From the human T2T-CHM13v2.0 reference genome, Homo sapiens, in the NCBI RefSeq assembly GCF_009914755.1, contig NC_060937.1: a stretch of 64,000 nt of DNA; one strand, written 5' to 3'. Under the pieces are notes generated by a model. It had not been told where the DNA came from and made no database searches. It saw only the letters and a program-made list of their open reading frames with translations. Positions 1 to 15,394 of the stretch are shown piece after piece; position 1 is the stretch's first letter, and the number at the start of each line of letters is the position of its first letter. The translations under genes and the position numbers were made by a program.

Positions 1-750
1 TCTGTACATAAAATATCAAAGTACACCTGATATATATTCTATAGTGTACATAAAATATCAAAGTACCCAAATTATACATTATATACTGTACATAAAATAC
101 GAAATTACACAAATATATATTATATTAGGTACATAAACTATGAAAGTATATCAAATATAGATTATATACTGTACATAAAATATCAAAGTACCCAAAATAT
201 ATATTATATACTCTACATGAAATATCAAAATTCACAAACCATATATTATATACTGTACATAAAATAAAGTACCCAAGGTATATATTCTATACTGTAGAAA
301 AAATATCAAAGTACCCAATCATGTATTATATACTGTATATAAAATATGAAAGTACATCAAATATATATTTTATTCTGTATATAAAATATCAAAGTACACA
401 AGATATATATTCTATAGTGTACATAAAATAACAAAGTACAAAAACTATAAATTATATACTGTACATAAAATATGAAATTACTTCAAATATATATTAGGTA
501 CATAAAATATGAAAGTACATCAAATATAGATTATATACTGTACATAAAATATCAATGTACCCCAAATATATATTTTATACTCTACATGAAATATCAAAGA
601 TCACAAACCATATATTATATACTGTATATAAAATATCAAAGTACCCAAGGTATATATTCTATACTATACAAAAAATATCAAAGTACCCAAAGCATGTATT
701 ATATACTGTACATAAAATATGAAAGTACATCAAATATATATTTTATTCTG

Positions 751-1128
751 TACATAAAATATCAAAGTACACCAGATATATATTCTATATTGTACATAAA
801 ATATCAAAGTACCCAAACTATACATTATATACTGTACATAAAATATGAAATTACATCAAATATATTTTATATTAGGTACATAAAATATGAAAGTACATCA
901 AATATAGATTATATACTGTACATTAAATACCAAAATACCCCAAATATATATTTTATACTGTACATGAAATATCAAAGTTCACAAACTATGTATTATATAC
1001 TGTACATATAATATCAAAGTACCCAAGGTATATATTTTATACTTTACAAAAAATATCAAAGTACCAAAAGCATGTATTACATACTGTACATAAAATATGA
1101 AAGTACATCAAATATATATTTTATTCTG
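751..1128 (+). repeat. Example of the 378-bp 9-monomer higher-order unit that tiles the entire window
   Basis: Nine monomers recur in fixed order: M1 ..gtacaccagat..ctatagtg; M2 ..gtacccaaactatacatt..; M3 ..gaaattacatc..attagg; M4 ..gaaagtacatcaaatatagatt..; M5 ..gtaccccaaat..; M6 tacatgaaat..gttcacaaac..; M7 ..gtacccaaggt..; M8 tacaaaaaat..caaagcatg..; M9 ..gaaagtacatc..ttttattctg. This gives 9 x 42 = 378 bp, seen as a 126-aa period in the ORF track. A 378-bp nested unit is established for HSat1A. Confidence 0.95.
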
Positions 1129-1836
1129 TACATAAGATATCAAAGTACACCAGATATATATTCTATAGTGTACATAAAATATCAAAGTACCCAAACTATA
1201 CATTATATACTGTACATAAAATATGAAATTACATCAAATATATATTATATTAGGTACATAAAATATGAAAGTACATCAAATATAGATTATATACTGTACA
1301 TTAAATACCAAAGTACCCCAAATATATATTTTATACTGTACATGTAATATCAAAGTTCACACACTATATATTATATACTGTACATAAAATATCAAAGTAC
1401 CCAAGGTATATATTCTATACTGTACAAAAAATATCAAAGTACCCAAAGCATGTATTATACACTGTACCTAAAATATGAAAGTACATCAAATATATATTTT
1501 ATTCTGCACATAAAATATCAAAGTACACCAGATATATATTCTATAGTGTACATAAAATGTCAAAGTACCCAAACTATACATTATATACTGTAAATAAAAT
1601 ATGAAATTACATCAAATATATATTATATTAGGTACATAAAATATGAAATTACATCAAATATAGATTATACACTGTACATAAAATATCAAAATACCCCAAA
1701 CTATTCATTATATACTGTACATAAAATATGAAATTACATCAAATATATATTATATTAGGTACATAAAATATGAAAGTACATCAAATATAGATTATACACT
1801 GTACATAAAATATCAAAGTACCCCAAATATATATTA

Positions 1837-4111
1837 TATACTCTACATGAAATATCAAAGTTCACAAACTATATATTATATACTGTACATAAAATAAAGT
1901 CCCCAAGGTATATATTCTATACTGTAGAAAAAATATCAAAGTACCCAAAGCATGTATTATCTACTGTATATAAAATATGAAAGTACATAAATATATATAT
2001 TTTATTCTGTACATAAAATATCAAAGTACACCAGATATATATTCTATAGTGTACATAAAATAACAAAGTTCAAAAACTATAAATTATATACTGTACATAA
2101 AATATAAAATTACATCAAATATATATTAGGTACATAAAATATGAAAGTACATCAAATATAGATTATATACTGTACATAAAATATCAATGTACCCCAAATA
2201 TATATTTTATACTCTACATGAAATATCAAAGTTCACAAACCATATATTATATACTGTACATAAAATATCAAAGTACCAAGGTATATATCCTATACTATAC
2301 AAAAAATATCAAAGTACCCAAAGCATGTATTATATACTGTACCTAAAATATGAAAGTACATCAAATATATATTTTATTCTGTACATAAAATATCAAAGTA
2401 CACCAGATATATATTCTATAGTGTACATAAAATATCAAAGTACCCAAACTATACATTATATACTGTACATAAAATATGAAATTACATCAAATATATTTTA
2501 TATTAGGTACATAAAATATGAAAGTACATCAAATATAGATTTTATACTGTAGATTAAATACCAAAGTACCCCACATATATATTTTATACTGTACATGAAA
2601 TATCAAAGTTCACAAACTATATATTATATACTGTACATAAAATATCAAAGTACCCAAGGTATATATTCTATACTGTACAAAAAATATCAAAGTACCCAAA
2701 GCATGTATTATATACAGTACATAATATATGAAAGTACATCAAATATATATTTTATTCTGTACATAATATATCAAAGTACACCAGATATATATTCTATAGT
2801 GTACATAAAATAACAAAGTACACAAACTATAAATTATATACTGTACATAAAATATGAAATTACATCAAATACATATTAGGTACATAAAATATGAAAGTAC
2901 ATCAAATATAGATTATATACTGTACATAAAATTTCAATGTACCCCAAATATATATTTTATACTCTACATGAAATATCAAAGTTCACAAACTATATATTAT
3001 ATACTGTACATAAAATAAAGTCCCCAAGGTATATATTCTATACTGTAGAAAAAATATCAAAGTACCCAAAGCATGTATTATCTACTGTATATAAAATATG
3101 AAAGTACATAAATATATATATTTTATTCTGTACATAAAATATCAAAGTACACCAGATATATATTCTATAGTGTACATAAAATAACAAAGTTCAAAAACTA
3201 TAAATTATATACTGTACATAAAATATAAAATTACATCAAATATATATTAGGTACATAAAATATGAAAGTACATCAAATATAGATTATATACTGTACATAA
3301 AATATCAATGTACCCCAAATATATATTTTATACTCTACATGAAATATCAAAGTTCACAAACCATATATTATATACTGTACATAAAATATCAAAGTACCAA
3401 GGTATATATCCTATACTATACAAAAAATATCAAAGTACCCAAAGCATGTATTATATACTGTACCTAAAATATGAAAGTACATCAAATATATATTTTATTC
3501 TGTACATAAAATATCAAAGTACACCAGATATATATTCTATAGTGTACATAAAATATCAAAGTACCCAAACTATACATTATATACTGTACATAAAATATGA
3601 AATTACATCAAATATATTTTATATTAGGTACATAAAATATGAAAGTACATCAAATATAGATTTTATACTGTAGATTAAACACCAAAGTACCCCACATATA
3701 TATTTTATACTGTACATGAAATATCAAAGTTCACAAACTATATATTATATACTGTACATAAAATATCAAAGTACCCAAGGTATATATTCTATACTGTACA
3801 AAAAATATCAAAGTACCCAAAGCATGTATTATATACAGTACATAATATATGAAAGTACATCAAATATATATTTTATTCTGTACATAATATATCAAAGTAC
3901 ACCAGATATATATTCTATAGTGTACATAAAATAACAAAGTACACAAACTATAAATTATATACTGTACATAAAATATGAAATTACATCAAATACATATTAG
4001 GTACATAAAATATGAAAGTACATCAAATATAGATTATATACTGTACATAAAATTTCAATGTACCCCAAATATATATTTTATACTCTACATGAAATATCAA
4101 AGTTCACAAAC
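1837..4111 (+). repeat. Near-perfect tandem duplication, period 1121 bp (3 units)
   Basis: Identical ORFs at 2187/3308 and 2595/3716. Private variants repeat at the same offset: aaaataaagtcccc (1891/3012), attatctact, gtaccaaggtatatatcc, ctgtagattaaa and cccacat. The only difference I noticed is aaatacc vs aaacacc (about 2559/3680). Confidence 0.93.
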
Positions 4112-6244
4112 CATATCTTATATACTGTACATAAAATATCAAAGTACCCAAGGAATATATTCTATACTGTACAAAAAATATCAAAGTACCCAAAGAATGT
4201 ATTATATACTGTACATAAAATATGAAAGTACATCAAATATATATTTTATTCTGTACATAAAATATCAAAGTACACCAGATATATATTCTATAGTGTACAT
4301 AAAATAACAAAGTACCCAAACTATACATTTTATACTATACATAAAATATGAAATTACATCAAATATATATTATATTAGGTACATAAAATATGAAAGTACA
4401 TCAAATATAGATTATATACTGTACACTAAATACCAAAGTAACCCAAATATATATTTTATACTGTACATGAAATATCAAAGTTCACAAACTATATATTATA
4501 TACTGTACATAAAATATCAAAGTACCCAACGTATATATTCTATACTGTACAAAAAATATCAAAGTACCCAAAGCATGTATTATATACTGTACCTAAAATA
4601 TGAAAGTACATCAAATATATATTTTATTCTGTACATAAAATATCAAAGTACACCAGATATATATTCTATAGTGTACATAAAATATCAAAGTACCCAAACT
4701 ATACATTATATACTGTACATAAAATACGAAATTACATCAAATATATATTATATTAGGTACATAAAATATGAAAGTATATCAAATATAGATTATATACTGT
4801 ACATAAAATATCAAAGTACCCCAAATATATATTATATACTGTACATGAAATATCAAAGTTCACAAACCATATATTATATACTGTACATAAAATAAAGTAC
4901 CCAAGGTATATATTCTATACTGTAGAAAAAATATCAAAGTACCCAAAGCATGTATTATATACTGTATATAAAATATGAAAGTACATCAAATATATATTTT
5001 ATTCTGTACATAAAATATCAAAGTACACCAGATATATATTCTATAGTGTACATAAAATAACAAAGTACACAAACTATACATTATATACTGTACATAAAAT
5101 GTGAAATTACATCAAATACATATTAGGTACATAAAATATGAAAGTACATCAAATATAGATTATATACTGTACATAAAATTTCAATGTACCCCAAATATAT
5201 ATTTTATACTCTACATGAAATATCAAAGTTCACAAACCATATCTTATATACTGTACATAAAATATCAAAGTACCCAAGGAATATATTCTATACTGTACAA
5301 AAAATATCAAAGTACCCAAAGAATGTATTATATACTGTACATAAAATATGAAAGTACATCAAATATATATTTTATTCTGTACATAAAATATCAAAGTACA
5401 CCAGATATATATTCTATAGTGTACATAAAATAACAAAGTACCCAAACTATACATTTTATACTATACATAAAATATGAAATTACATCAAATATATATTATA
5501 TTAGGTACATAAAATATGAAAGTACATCAAATATAGATTATATACTGTAAACTAAATACCAAAGTAACCCAAATATATATTTTATACTGTACATGAAATA
5601 TCAAGGTTCACAAACTATATATTATATACTGTACATAAAATATCAAAGTACCCAACGTATATATTCTATACTGTACAAAAAATATCAAAGTACCCAAAGC
5701 ATGTATTATATACTGTACCTAAAATATGAAAGTACATCAAATATATATTTTATTCTGTACATAAAATATCAAAGTACACCAGATATATATTCTATAGTGT
5801 ACATAAAATATCAAAGTACCCAAACTATACATTATATACTGTACATAAAATACGAAATTACATCAAATATATATTATATTAGGTACATAAAATATGAAAG
5901 TATATCAAATATAGATTATATACTGTACATAAAATATCAAAGTACCCCAAATATATATTATATACTGTACATGAAATATCAAAGTTCACAAACCATATAT
6001 TATATACTGTACATAAAATAAAGTACCCAAGGTATATATTCTATACTGTAGAAAAAATATCAAAGTACCCAAAGCATGTATTATATACTGTATATAAAAT
6101 ATGAAAGTACATCAAATATATATTTTATTCTGTACATAAAATATCAAAGTACACCAGATATATATTCTATAGTGTACATAAAATAACAAAGTACACAAAC
6201 TATACATTATATACTGTACATAAAATATGAAATTACATCAAATA
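3976..6244 (+). repeat. Near-perfect tandem duplication, period 1126 bp (3 units)
   Basis: ORF pairs at 3975/5101 and 4467/5593. Shared variants are ccatatctta, aaggaatat, caaagaatg, gtaacccaaat, cccaacgtat and aatacgaaatt. 1126 = 3x378 - 5 - 3. Confidence 0.93.
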
Positions 6245-9200
6245 TATATTAGGTACATAAAATATGAAAGTACATCAAATATAAATTATATAATGTACAT
6301 AAAATATCAAGGTACCCCAAATATATACTATATACTCTACAGGAAATATCAAAGTTCACACACTATATATTATATACTGTACATAAAATATCAAAGTACC
6401 CAAGGTATATATTCTATACTGTACAAAAAATATCAAAGTACTCAAAGCATGTATTATATTCTGTATATAAAATATGAAAATACATCAAATATATATTTTA
6501 TTCTGTACATAAAACATCAAAGTACACCAGATATATATTCTATAGTGTACATAAAATATCAAAGTACCCAAACTATACATTATATACTGTACATAAAATA
6601 TGAAATTACATCAAATATATATTATATTAGGTACATAAAATATGAAAGTACATCAAATATAGATTATATACTGTACATAATATATCAAAGTACCCCAAAT
6701 ATATATTATATACTCTACATGAAATATCAAAGTTCACAAACTATATATTCTATACTGCACAAAAAAATCAAAGTACCCAAAGCATGTATTATATACTGCT
6801 TATAAAATATGAAAGTACATCAAATATATATTTTATTCTGTACATAAAATATCAAAGTACACCAGATATATATTCTATAGTGTACATAAAATATCAAAGT
6901 ACCCAAACTATACATTATATACTGTACATAAAATATGAAATTACATCAAATTTATATTAGGTACATAAAATATGAAAGTACATCAAATATAGATTATATA
7001 CTGTATATTAAATACCAAAGTACCCCAAATGTATATTTTATACTATACATGAAATATCAAAGTTCACAAACTATATATTATATACTGTACATAAAATATC
7101 AAAGTACCCAAAGTATATATTCTATACTCTACAAAAAATATCAAAGTACCCAAAGCCTGTATTATATACTGTACATAAAATATGAAAGTACATCAAATAT
7201 ATATTTTATTCTGTACATAAAATATCAAAGTACACCAGATATATATTCTATAGTGTACATAAAATATCAAAGTACCCAAACTATACATTATATACAGTAC
7301 ATAAAATATGAAATTACATCAAATTTATATTAGGTACATAAAATATGATAGTACATCAAATATAGATTATATACTGTACATAAAATATCAAAGTACCCCA
7401 AATATATATTATATACTCTACATGAAATATCAAAGTTCACAAACTATATATTATATACTGTACATAAAATATCAAAGTACCCAAGGTATATATTCTATAC
7501 TGTACAAAAAATATCAAAGTACCCAAAGCATGTATTATATACTGTACATGAAATATGAAAGTACATCAAATATATATTTTATTCTGTACATAAAATATCA
7601 AAGTACACCAGATATATATTCTATAGTGTACATAAAATATCAAAGTACCCAAACTATACATTATATACTGTACATAAAATATAAAATTACATCAAATATA
7701 TATTAGGTACATAAAATATGAAAGTACATCAAATATAGATTATATACTGTACATAAAATATCAACGTACCCCAAATATATATTTTATACTATACATGAAA
7801 TATCAAAGTTCACAAACCATATATTGTATACTGTACATAAAATATCAAAGTACCCAAGGTATATATTCTATACTGTACAAAAAATATCAAAGTACCCAAA
7901 GCATGTATTATATACTGTACATAAAATATGAAAGTACATCAAATATATATTTTATTCTGTACATAATATATCAAAGTACACCAGATATATATTCTATAGT
8001 GTACATAAAATATCAAAGTACCCAAACTATACATTATATACTGTACATAAAATATGAAATTACATCAAATATATATTAGGTACATAAAATATGAAAGTAC
8101 ATCAAATATAGATTATATACTGTACATAAAATATCAATGTACCCCAAATATATATTTTATACTCTACATGAAATATCAAAGTTCACAAACCATATATTAT
8201 ATACTGTACATAAAATATCAAAGTACCCAAGGTATATATTCTATACTATAGAAAAAATATCAAAGTACCCAAAGCATGTATTATATACTGTACCTAAAAT
8301 ATGAAAGTACATCAAATATATATTTTATTCTGTACATAAAATATCAAAGTACACCAGATATATATTCTATAGTGTACATAAAATATCAAAGTACCCAAAC
8401 TATACATTATATACTGTACATAAAATATGAAATTACATCAAATATATTTTATATTAGGTACATAAAATATGAAAGTACATCAAATATAGATTATATACTG
8501 TAGATTAAATACCAAAGTACCCCAAATATATATTTTATACTGTACATGAAATATCAAAGTTCACAAGCTATATATTATATACTGTACATATAATATCAAA
8601 GTACACAAGGTACATATTCTATACTGTACAAAAAATAACAAAGTACCAAAAGCATGTATAATATACTGTACATAAAATATGAAAGTACATCAAATATATA
8701 TTTTATTCAGTACTTAAAATATCAAAGTACACCAGATATATATTCTATAGTGTACATAAAATATCAAAGTACCCAAACTATACATTGTATACTGTACATA
8801 AAATATGAAATTACATCAAATATATTTTATATTAGGTACATAAAATATGAAAGTACATCAAATATAGATTATATACTGTACATTAAATACCAAAGTACCC
8901 CAAATATATATTTTATACTGTACATGAAATATCAAAGTTCACAAACTATATATTATATACTGTACATATAATATCAAAGTACCCAAGGTATATATTCTAT
9001 ACTGTACAAAAAATATCAAAGTACCAAAAGCATGTATTATATACTGTACATAAAATATGAAAGTACATCAAATATATATTTTATTCTGTACATAAAATAT
9101 CAAAGTACACCAGATATATATTCTATAGTGTACATAAAATATCAAAGTACCCAAACTATACATTATATACTGTACATAAAATATGAAATTACATCAAATA

Positions 9201-12200
9201 TATTTTATATTAGGTACATAAAATATGAATGTACATCAAATATAGATTATATACTGTACATTAAATACCAAAGTACCCCAAATATATATTTTATACTGTA
9301 CATGAAATATCAAAGTTCACAAACTATATATTATATACTGTACATAAAATATCAAAGTACCCAAGGTATATATTCTATACTGTACAAAAAATATCAAAGT
9401 ACCCAAAGCATGTATTATATACTGTACCTAAAATATGAAAGTACATCAAATATATATTTTATTCTGTACACAAAATATCTAAGTACACCAGATATATATT
9501 CTATAGTGTACATAAAATATCAAAGTACCCAAACTATACATTATATAATGTACATAAAATATGAAATTACATCAAATATATATTATATTAGGTACATAAA
9601 ATATGAAAGTACATCAAATATAGATTATATACTGTACATAAAATATCAACGTACCCCAAATATATATTTTATACTATACATGAAATATCAAAGTTCACAA
9701 ACCATATATTGTATACTGTACATAAAATATCAAAGTACCCAAGGTATATATTCTATACTGTACAAAAAATATCAAAGTACCCAAAGCATGTATTATATAC
9801 TGTACATAAAATATGAAAGTACATCAAACATATATTTTATTCTGTACATAATATATCAAAGTACACCAGATATATATTCTATAGTGTACATAAAATATCA
9901 AAGTACCCAAACTATACATTATATACTGTACATAAAATATGAAATTACATCAAATATATATTAGGTACATAAAATATGAAAGTACATCAAATATAGATTA
10001 TATACTGTACATAAAATATCAATGTACCCCAAATATATATTTTATACTCTACATGAAATATCAAAGTTCACAAACCATATATTATATACTGTACATAAAA
10101 TATCAAAGTACCCAAGGTATATATTCTATACTATACAAAAAATATCAAAGTACCCCAAGCATGTATTATATACTGTACATAAAATATGAAAGTACATCAA
10201 ATATATATTTTATTCTGTACATAAAATATCAAAGTACACCAGATATATATTCTATAGTGTACATAAAATATCAAAGTACCCAAACTATACATTATATACT
10301 GTACATAAAATATGAAATTACATCAAATATATTTTATATTAGGTACATAAAATATGAAAGTACATCAAATATACATTATATACTGTACATTAAATTCCAA
10401 AGTACCCCAAATATATATTTTATACTGTACATGAAATATCAAAGTTCACAAACTATATATTATATACTGTATATATAATATCAAAGTACCCAAGGTATAT
10501 ATTCTATACTGTACAAAAAATAACAAAGTACCAAAACCATGTATTATATACTGTACCTAAAATATGAAAGCACATCAAATATATATTTTATTCTGTACAT
10601 AAAATATCAAAGTACACCAGATATATATTCTATAGTGTACATAAAATATCAAAGTACCCAAACTATACATTATATACTGTACATAAAACATGAAATTACA
10701 TCAAATATATATTATATTAGGTACATAAAATATGAAAGTACATCAAATATAGATTATATACTGTACATAAAATATCAAATTAACCCAAATATATATTATA
10801 TACTCTACATGAAATATCAAAGTTCACAAGCTATATATTATATACTGTACATAAAATATCAAAGTACCCAAGGGATATATTCTATATTGCACAAAAAATA
10901 TCAAAGTACCCAAAGCATGTATTATATACTGTATATAAAATATGAAAGTATATCAAATATATATTTTATTCTGTACATAAAATATCAAAGTACACCCGAT
11001 ATATATTCTATAGTGTACATAAAATATCAAAGTACCCAAACTATACATTACATACTGTACATAAAATATGAAATTACATCAAATATATATTATATTAGGT
11101 ACATAAAATATGAAAGTACATCAAACATAGATTATATACTGTACATAAAATATCAAAGTACCCCAAATATATATTATATACTCTACATGAAATATCGAGG
11201 TTCACAAACTATATATTATATACTGTACATAAAATATCAAAGTACCCAAGGTATATATTCTATACTGCACAAAAAATTTCAAAGTACCCAAATCATGTAT
11301 TATATACTGTATATAAAATATGAAAGTACATCAAATATATATTTTATTCTGTACATAAAATATCAAAGTACACCAGATATATATTCTATAGTGTACATAA
11401 AATAACAAAGTGCACAAACTATAAATTATGTACTGTACATAAAATATGAAATTACATCAAATATATATTAGGTACATAAAATATGAAAGTACATCAAATA
11501 TAGATTATATGCTGTATATAAAATATCAATGTACCCCAAATATATATTTTATACTCTACATGAAATATCAAAGTTCACAAACTATATATTATATCCTGTA
11601 CATAAAATAAAGTCCCAAAGGTATATATTCTATACTGTAGAAAAAATATCAAAGTACCCAAAGCATGTATTATATACTGTATATAAAATATGAAAGTACA
11701 TCAAATATATATTTTATTCTGTACATAAAATATAAAAGTACACCAGATATATATTCTATGGTGTACATGAAATAACAAAGTTCAAAAACTATAAATTATA
11801 TACTGTACATAAAATATGAAATTACAACAAATATATATTAGGTACATAAAATATGAAAGTACATCAAATATAGATTATATACTGTACATAAAATATCAAA
11901 GTACCCCAAATATATATTTTATACTCTACATGAAATATCAAAGTTCACAAACCATATATTATATACTGTACATAAAATATCAAAGTACCCAAGGTATATA
12001 TTCTATACTATACAAAAAATATCAAGGTACCCAAAGCATGTATTATATACTGTACCTAAAATATGAAAGTACATCAAATATATATTTTATTCTGTACATA
12101 AAATATCAAAGTACACCAGATATATATTCTATAGTGTACATAAAATATCAAAGTACCCAAACTATACATTATATACTGTACATAAAATATGAGATTACAT

Positions 12201-15200
12201 CAAATATATATTATATTAGGTACATAAAATATGAAAGTACATCAAATATAGATTATATACTGTACATAAAATATCAAAGTACCCCAGATATATATTATAT
12301 ACTCTAAATGAAATATCAAAGTTCACAAACTATGTATTATATACTGTACATAAAATATCAAAGTACCCAAGGTATATATTCTATACTGTACAAAAAATAT
12401 CAAAGTACCCAAAGCATGTATTATATACTGTACATAAAATATGAAAGTACATCAAATATATATTTTATTCTGTACATAAAATATCAAAGTACACCAGATA
12501 TATATTCTATAGTGTAAATAAAATAACAAAGTACACAACTATACATTATATACAGTACATAAAATATGAAATTACATCAAATATATATTAGGTACATAAA
12601 ATATGAAAGTACATCAAATATAGATTATATACTGTACATAAAATATCAAAGTACTCCAAATATATATTATATACTCTACATGAAATATCAAAGTTCACAA
12701 ACTATATATTATATACTGTACATAAAATATCAAAGTACCCAAGGTATATATTCTATACTGTACAAAAAATATCAAAGTACCCAAAGCATGTATTATATAC
12801 TGTATATAAAATATGAAAGTACATCAAATATATATTTTATTCTCTACATGAAATATCAAAGTACACCAGATATATATTCTATAGTGTACATAAAATATCA
12901 AAGTACCCAAACTATACATTATATACTGTACATAAAATATGAAAATACATCAAATATATATTAGGTACATAAAATATGAAAGTACATCAAATATAGATTA
13001 TATACTGTACATAAAATATCAAAGTACCCCAAATATATATTATATACTCTACATGAAATATCAAAGTTCACAAACTATATATTATATACTGTACATAAAA
13101 TATCAAAGTACCCAAGGTATATATTCTATACTGTACAAAAAATATTAAAGTACCCAAAGCATGTATTATATACTGTACGTAAAATATGAAAGTACATCAA
13201 ATATATATTTTATTCTGTACATAAAATATCAAAGTACACCAGATATATATTCTATAGTGTACATAAAATAACAAAGTACACAAACTATACATTATATACT
13301 GTACATAAAATATGAAATTACATCAAATATATATTAGGTACATAAAATATGAAAGTTCATCAAATATAGATTATATACTATACATAAAATATCAATGTAC
13401 CCCAAATATATATTATATACTCTACATGAAATATCAAAGTTCACAAACCATATATTATATACTGTACATAAAATATCAAAGAACCCAAGGTATATATTCT
13501 ATACTATACAAAAAATATCAAAGTACCCAAAGCATGTATTATATACTGTACATAAAATATGAAAGTACATGAAATATATATTTTATTCTGTACATAAAAT
13601 ATCAAAGTACACCAGATATATATTCTATAGTGTACATAAAATATCAAAATACCCAAACTATACATTATATACTGTACATAAAATATGAGATTACATCAAA
13701 TATATATTATATTAGGTACATAAAATATGAAAGTACATCAAATATAGATTATATACTGTACATAAAATATCAAAGTACCCCAAATATATATTATATACTC
13801 TACATGAAATATCAAAGTTCACAAACTATATATTATATACTGTACATAAAATATCAAAGTACCCAAGGTATATATTCTATACTGTACAAAAAATATCAAA
13901 GTACCCAAAGCATGTATTATATACTGTATATAAAATATGAAATTACATCAAATATATATTTTATTCTGTACATAAAATATCAAAGTACACCAGATATATA
14001 TTCTATAGTGTACATAAAATATCAAAGTACCCAAACTATACATTATATACTGTACATAAAATATGAAATTACATCAAATATATATTATATTAGGTACATA
14101 AAATATGAAAGTACATCAAATATAGATTATATACTGTACATTAAATACCAAAGTACCCCAAATATATATTTTATACTGTACATGAAATATCAAAGTTCAC
14201 ACACTATATATTATATACTGTATATAAAATATCAAAGTACCCAACTTATATATTCTATACTGTACAAAAAACATCAAAGTACCCAAAGCATGTATTATAT
14301 ACTGTACATAAAATATGAAAGTACATCAAATATATCTTTTATTCTATACATAATATATCAAAGTACACCAGATATATATTCTATAGTGTACATAAAATAA
14401 CAAAGTACAAAAACTATAAATTATATACTGTACATAAAATATGAAATTACATCAAATACATATTAGGTACATAAAATATGAAAGTACATCAAATATAGAT
14501 TATATACTGTACATAAAATATCAATGTACCCCAAATATATATTTTATACTCTACATGAAATATCAAAGTTCACAAACCATATATTATATACTGTACATAA
14601 AATATCAAAGTACCGAAGGTATATATTCTATACTGTACAAAAAATATCAAAGTACCCAAAGCATGTATTATATACTGTACATAAAATATGAAAGTACATC
14701 AAATATATATTTTATTCTGTATATGAAATATCAAAGTACCCAAAACATGTATTTTAAACTGTACATAAAATATGAAAGTACATCAAATATATATTTTATT
14801 CTGTACATAAAATATAAAAATACACCAGATATATATTCTATAGTGTAGATAAAATATCAAAGTACCCAAACTATACATTATATACTGTACATAAAATATG
14901 AAATTACATCAAATATATTTTATATTAGGTACATAAAATATGAAAGTACATCAAATATAGATTATATACTGTACATAAAATATCAAAGTACCCCAAATAT
15001 ATATTATATACTCTACATGAAATATCAAAGTTCACAAACTATATATTATAAACTGTACATAAAATATGAAATTACATCAAATATATTTTATATTAGGTAC
15101 ATAAAATATGAAAGTACATCAAATATAGATTATATACTTTATATTAAATACCAAAGTAGCCCAAATATATATTTTATACTGTACATGAAATATCAAAGTT

Positions 15201-15394
15201 CACAAACTATATATTATATACTGTACATAAAATATCAAAGTACCCAAGGTATATATTCTATACTGTACAAAAAATATCAAAGTACCCAAAGCATGTATTA
15301 TATACTGTACATAAAATATGAAAGTACATCAAATATATATTTTATTCTGTACATAATATATCAAAGTACACCAGATATATATTCTATAGTGCAC

